Shown here in pieces: positions 16,913-20,000 of a DNA stretch of 20,000 nt. The notes beneath the pieces were generated by a model. That model was not told the DNA's origin and made no database searches. It saw only the letters and a program-made list of their open reading frames with translations. This DNA comes from an uncultured virus (IMG/VR IMGVR_UViG_3300025769_000084) (taxonomy: Duplodnaviria > Heunggongvirae > Uroviricota > Caudoviricetes), in IMG/VR virus record IMGVR_UViG_3300025769_000084; one strand, given 5' to 3'. Numbering within the stretch: the stretch's first letter is position 1; each line of letters starts with the position of its first letter. Position numbers and translations under genes: made by a program.

Positions 16913-17620
16913 ATGACAATCAACCCCAACGGCCGGGTCCTATGGGAGGGGGTCTCCCCCTTCGATGGCACGCCGATCGTTTGCATCGTTACCGGTCTCA
17001 GTCAGGGATCGGCCAACGGCAAGACCGGCGCCATGCTCCAGACCTGGATCCTCCCCCGGGATGTCAAGCCAAACGAAGCATTCAAGGACGACCGGGGCCG
17101 CAGTGTCTGCGGCGACTGTCCCCACTCCGGGGCCAATAACGGCACCTGTTACGTCAAGTGGTTTCATGCTCCCCTGTCGGTGTGGAATGCCTACCACCGG
17201 GGCAGTTATGAGCCAATCGGTCAGGATTGGCACCTGTTCACCGGCCGGGCCGTCCGGTTCGGCGCTGCGGGTGACCCTGCCATGGTCCCTGCTGAGATCT
17301 GGCAGCGGATCCTAGAGTTCTGCGCCAGCCATACCGGCTACTCCCACCAGTGGCGCCAGCCATGGGCGCAAGGTCTCCGTGGGATCTGCCAGGCCAGCTG
17401 CGACGGGTTCGCAGACTACCTAGAGGCCAGTGAGGCAGGTTGGAAGTGCTTCCTAGTGGCTCCGAAGGGCGCCAGTGCTCCCAAGGGCATGGCCCATTGT
17501 GCCGCCAGCATTGAGCGAGGCCAGAAAACCACATGTCAGGCCTGCACCTTGTGCGATGGGGCATCCGCCGACGTGTTCATCAACGCCCATGGCGCCAGCG
17601 CCGGCAAGGTGACCGCCTGA
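16913..17620 (+). CDS. Cys-rich putative Fe-S/metal-binding phage protein (Gp88-like/radical-SAM-related pattern)
   Basis: N-x-KTG, CGDCPH...CYV, R-x-G-x-x-GD, GYSHQW and C-terminal C...CxxCxxC. Confidence 0.55.
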   Translation: MTINPNGRVLWEGVSPFDGTPIVCIVTGLSQGSANGKTGAMLQTWILPRDVKPNEAFKDDRGRSVCGDCPHSGANNGTCYVKWFHAPLSVWNAYHRGSYEPIGQDWHLFTGRAVRFGAAGDPAMVPAEIWQRILEFCASHTGYSHQWRQPWAQGLRGICQASCDGFADYLEASEAGWKCFLVAPKGASAPKGMAHCAASIERGQKTTCQACTLCDGASADVFINAHGASAGKVTA

Positions 17621-17658
17621 CCCCTCCCCATACCGTCAACCCTTCCCCTTTCCTGATC

Positions 17659-17853
17659 ATGCTTTCCTTCTCACAGTTCCACCGCGCCATGCTTGACGGT
17701 GACCCCAAGATCTGGCGCCACCTGGATGCCATGGAACGAGGCACCGAGGGCGGATTCGCCCGCAAGATCCGGGCCGCGATGGACGTGGCCGATGCTCACA
17801 ACATGAAGGCCCTCTACGAAGCCCTCCCCCACCTGTTCCAACCCAAGGCCTGA
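17659..17853 (+). CDS. Small hypothetical early protein (64 aa)
   Basis: ATG after pyrimidine-rich leader; MLSFSQF...GGFARKIRAAMDVAD; strong GC3 bias. Confidence 0.75.
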   Translation: MLSFSQFHRAMLDGDPKIWRHLDAMERGTEGGFARKIRAAMDVADAHNMKALYEALPHLFQPKA

Positions 17854-17887
17854 CGCCTGACCCGCCAACCCTGACCCCTTCCTGACC

Positions 17888-18109
17888 ATGCCACGCTTCA
17901 GCATCGACAGAATCGACGAATACGGCCAGCCCTACTCCGTGTGGGAGTCCGACGACATTTCAGAGGCTTGGGACCAGCTGGATTCCCTGGCCGCTGCCCT
18001 GGACGAGTCCCGCCAGCCCCGATCCGGCCAGCTCGAGGAGATCATCGCGACCCTACGGGACCAGATCACCGAGGCAGAGGCCGAAGAGCTCCACACCCCC
18101 GGGGGTTGA
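17888..18109 (+). CDS. Small acidic hypothetical protein (73 aa)
   Basis: ATG after CCTGACC leader; very Asp/Glu-rich. Confidence 0.75.
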   Translation: MPRFSIDRIDEYGQPYSVWESDDISEAWDQLDSLAAALDESRQPRSGQLEEIIATLRDQITEAEAEELHTPGG

Positions 18110-18150
18110 TATCAACTCCCCCTTTTTGTCCATTTTTATTTGCAAGCACC

Positions 18151-18354
18151 ATGGGAAGAGACTCTATTCAAGCCAGAATCACAGCCGGAAGGCAGGATCT
18201 GACCGATATCCTGGACTGGATCGAAGCCTACGCGGCCCATCACCGGGATGATCAGGGCCGGCAGGTGTGGGAGGTCACACAACGGGACGAATTGGAATAC
18301 ATAGGGAAGCTGGGGCCATTGATGCAGTCCAGAATCTCACTCCACAAGCTCTAG
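18151..18354 (+). CDS. Small hypothetical protein (67 aa)
   Basis: ATG at 18151 (MGRDSIQ) after a T-rich leader; followed by a terminator. Confidence 0.7.
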   Translation: MGRDSIQARITAGRQDLTDILDWIEAYAAHHRDDQGRQVWEVTQRDELEYIGKLGPLMQSRISLHKL

Positions 18355-18376
18355 CACCAGGCCAACCACCGACCCC

Positions 18377-18398
18377 AGCCCCTCCGGGGGCTTTTTTT
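18377..18398 (+). terminator. Rho-independent terminator of the first early operon
   Basis: AGCCCC-TCCG-GGGGCT stem running into a T7 tract. Confidence 0.85.
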
Positions 18399-18846
18399 GT
18401 GTCCATTTCCTGCGTACCTGCTTCAACGACAGGTACGCGGGGGCCTAGGGGCAGTCAGGGACAGGGTTTTGGGGGTCTGTCCAGTCCATTGGACCGTTTC
18501 TGGACCAGCTCCAGGGGCTCCAGGGGGTGGGAGACGGGTAGAAATGGATCATATCGGGGGGATTCTGTCAATAATCACCGAAATGTTACGAAATATCAAG
18601 AAATTGTGACAATTCCCCCTATTTTTCCCTAGTTTTGAGGGTTTTTTTGGGAAAGGACGGGCCGAAGGCCAGGTTGTCAGTGGATCCCTGGGTCACATTT
18701 TCGGCGTAAGCACCTGGGGAAAACTCTTATTGCAATTTATTCTCAATAATCTTCTGAGCTTTCTAACTCATACTCGGTCCGGCTTCAGGTTGATCATTCA
18801 TAGGGAACTGATAAGTGCAGTTAATATTACGGACTGTTACTTTGGC

Positions 18847-18876
18847 TTGACCCGGTTCTGGTCTGGGATATATATT
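18847..18876 (+). promoter_or_regulatory. Sigma70-like early promoter 2
   Basis: TTGACC-18 nt-TATATT, followed by a hairpin at 18885-18906 and ATG 18934. Confidence 0.6.
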
Positions 18877-18933
18877 GAGTGCAACGAAGTCAAGCAACCG
18901 ACTTCGATTCCTGCCCTCTTCGCCACGGCAACC

Positions 18934-19119
18934 ATGACCAAGACCACAACCCTGACGCTCACCGAAGACCAGCTCCTGCGTCTCCTGGACGGCATGGAGA
19001 GCGTTCACGAACCTCTCAACACTGCAAAGCCTGGCTGCATCAGCTTCCCTCACCGTCATCAGAAGGAGCACAAGGCTCTGACTGAGCGCCTGCAGAAAGC
19101 TCTCGAGCGGGTCGCCTGA
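18934..19119 (+). CDS. Small helical protein (61 aa), paralogue of 19158..19412
   Basis: ATG at 18934 downstream of the promoter; LTLTEDQLLRLL...LTERLQKALERV. Confidence 0.75.
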   Translation: MTKTTTLTLTEDQLLRLLDGMESVHEPLNTAKPGCISFPHRHQKEHKALTERLQKALERVA

Positions 19120-19157
19120 CCCTCTCACCTTTTCAATCCCACCTACCGGAAACCCTG

Positions 19158-19412
19158 ATGAACACCCCCACCTTCTCCCTGGCCCTCACCGAGGCCGAGC
19201 TGAAGCGTCTCCTCTATGCCCTCGACAGCCGTGACGAAGCTGCACCGCTGCACAACGGTCTCTCTGAAACCGAGCACGATGTGGAGGATGAGAACAAGCT
19301 GACCCTGCGGCTGTACAAGGCCCTGGATCGTGTCACCAAGAAGGCACAACGCACCAAGAGCGAGCGTGTCCACCTTCCCAAGGTCGAGGCCCTTCTGAAC
19401 GAACTGCTCTGA
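19158..19412 (+). CDS. Small helical protein (84 aa)
   Basis: Starts inside the repeated leader element; LALTEAELKRLL...LTLRLYKALDRV. Confidence 0.8.
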   Translation: MNTPTFSLALTEAELKRLLYALDSRDEAAPLHNGLSETEHDVEDENKLTLRLYKALDRVTKKAQRTKSERVHLPKVEALLNELL

Positions 19413-19444
19413 TCTGTACCCCAGCCCATCTACCGGCAACCCTG

Positions 19445-19900
19445 ATGAACACTCTCAAGCTCAGCCCAGCCCAAGCCAAGTTCCTGGCCGATCGTCCGGA
19501 GGACTGTGTCGTCGAACACCTGATGGAGGAATTCTTCGGGTACGAACCCCAGGAGGGCTACACCGCCGAACAGCACCAGCAATGCGCCGCTGCTATCAGC
19601 AAGGTCTACGCCTACTTCGGTGAGACCTACGCCGGATCACTGGTCTCCGGAGGAGTGATCCAAGACTACGGTGTCGGCTACAAGCCCAAGCCGATCCCAG
19701 TGCAGGATCTCACTGAGATGGAGATCTATGTGCTCCAGGACTGCCTCGAAGGTTCCACAGTCTGTGGTCAACTCCACAATTCTGACGGGATGGACAGGGA
19801 AGAGACCCTTGCATACAACCGTGCAAAGCGCACACTACTGGTGATCGTGGACAAGTTCCGGGCCGCTGGTCTGGCTGTCAACTTCATCCCTGACATGTGA
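19445..19900 (+). CDS. Hypothetical protein (151 aa)
   Basis: Starts inside the repeated leader element; consistent codon bias. Confidence 0.8.
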   Translation: MNTLKLSPAQAKFLADRPEDCVVEHLMEEFFGYEPQEGYTAEQHQQCAAAISKVYAYFGETYAGSLVSGGVIQDYGVGYKPKPIPVQDLTEMEIYVLQDCLEGSTVCGQLHNSDGMDREETLAYNRAKRTLLVIVDKFRAAGLAVNFIPDM

Positions 19901-19935
19901 TCCCACCGCTACCTGCTCACCTACCGGCAACCCTG

Positions 19936-20000
19936 ATGAACACCCCTCTCGCAAACTGGCGTCACTGGTTCAGCGGACGCTCTGCTATCTGCAACCTCCC
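19936..20000 (+). CDS. Hypothetical protein, N-terminal part only (runs off the window)
   Basis: ATG in third copy of the leader element; MNTPLANWRHWFSGRSAICNL open to the edge. Confidence 0.7.
   Translation, partial: MNTPLANWRHWFSGRSAICNL

Larger units (their letters stand above)
19143..19943 (+). repeat. Dispersed 23-bp direct repeat CTACCGG(A/C)AACCCTGATGAACAC at 19143-19165, 19430-19452 and 19921-19943
   Basis: Three copies with a single variable position, each spanning a start codon. Confidence 0.9.

Noticed and set aside
17533..17658. Upstream extensions of ORFs 17533..17853 (and likewise 17941..18354)
   Set aside because: They overlap better-supported genes; internal ATGs follow the typical pyrimidine-rich leaders
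18730..18933. N-terminal extension of ORF 18730..19119
   Set aside because: TTG start in AT-rich DNA spanning the promoter; paralogue alignment supports ATG 18934
19143..19943. CRISPR array or integron attC interpretation of the 23-bp repeats
   Set aside because: Intervals are whole genes of 260-470 bp, the repeats are not palindromic, and no cas or integrase gene is visible
1..20000. tRNA, rRNA, integrase, transposase or intron/intein
   Set aside because: No cloverleaf or catalytic motifs seen; TerL and MCP are uninterrupted and of normal length

Overview
Segment of a tailed dsDNA (Caudoviricetes-type) phage genome or prophage, probably cyanophage-like (host is inference only). Positions 1-16552 are a dense minus-strand virion morphogenesis arm. 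In transcription order it carries a large low-complexity protein, a holin-like protein, several Gly/Ala/Gln-rich candidate ejection or pilot proteins, a putative TerS, a repeat-containing insert, TerL, an AbrB-fold protein, portal, a Q/P-rich scaffold, three small proteins, major capsid, a capsid-associated protein, a HhH protein, a putative adaptor, an SLT/lysozyme and small ORFs. A divergent control region (16553-16912) is followed by a visibly GC-richer plus-strand arm of small early-type genes with two sigma70-like promoters. The most notable items are a conserved intergenic element (TACCGGCAACCCTG-like) at early-gene junctions, a 524-nt portal/scaffold dual-coding overlap, a (P)RMAG peptide shared by unrelated late proteins, two canonical G-quadruplex motifs in a non-coding spacer, and a possible signal-peptide isoform of the lysozyme. 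All functional calls are by eye; no database search was run.
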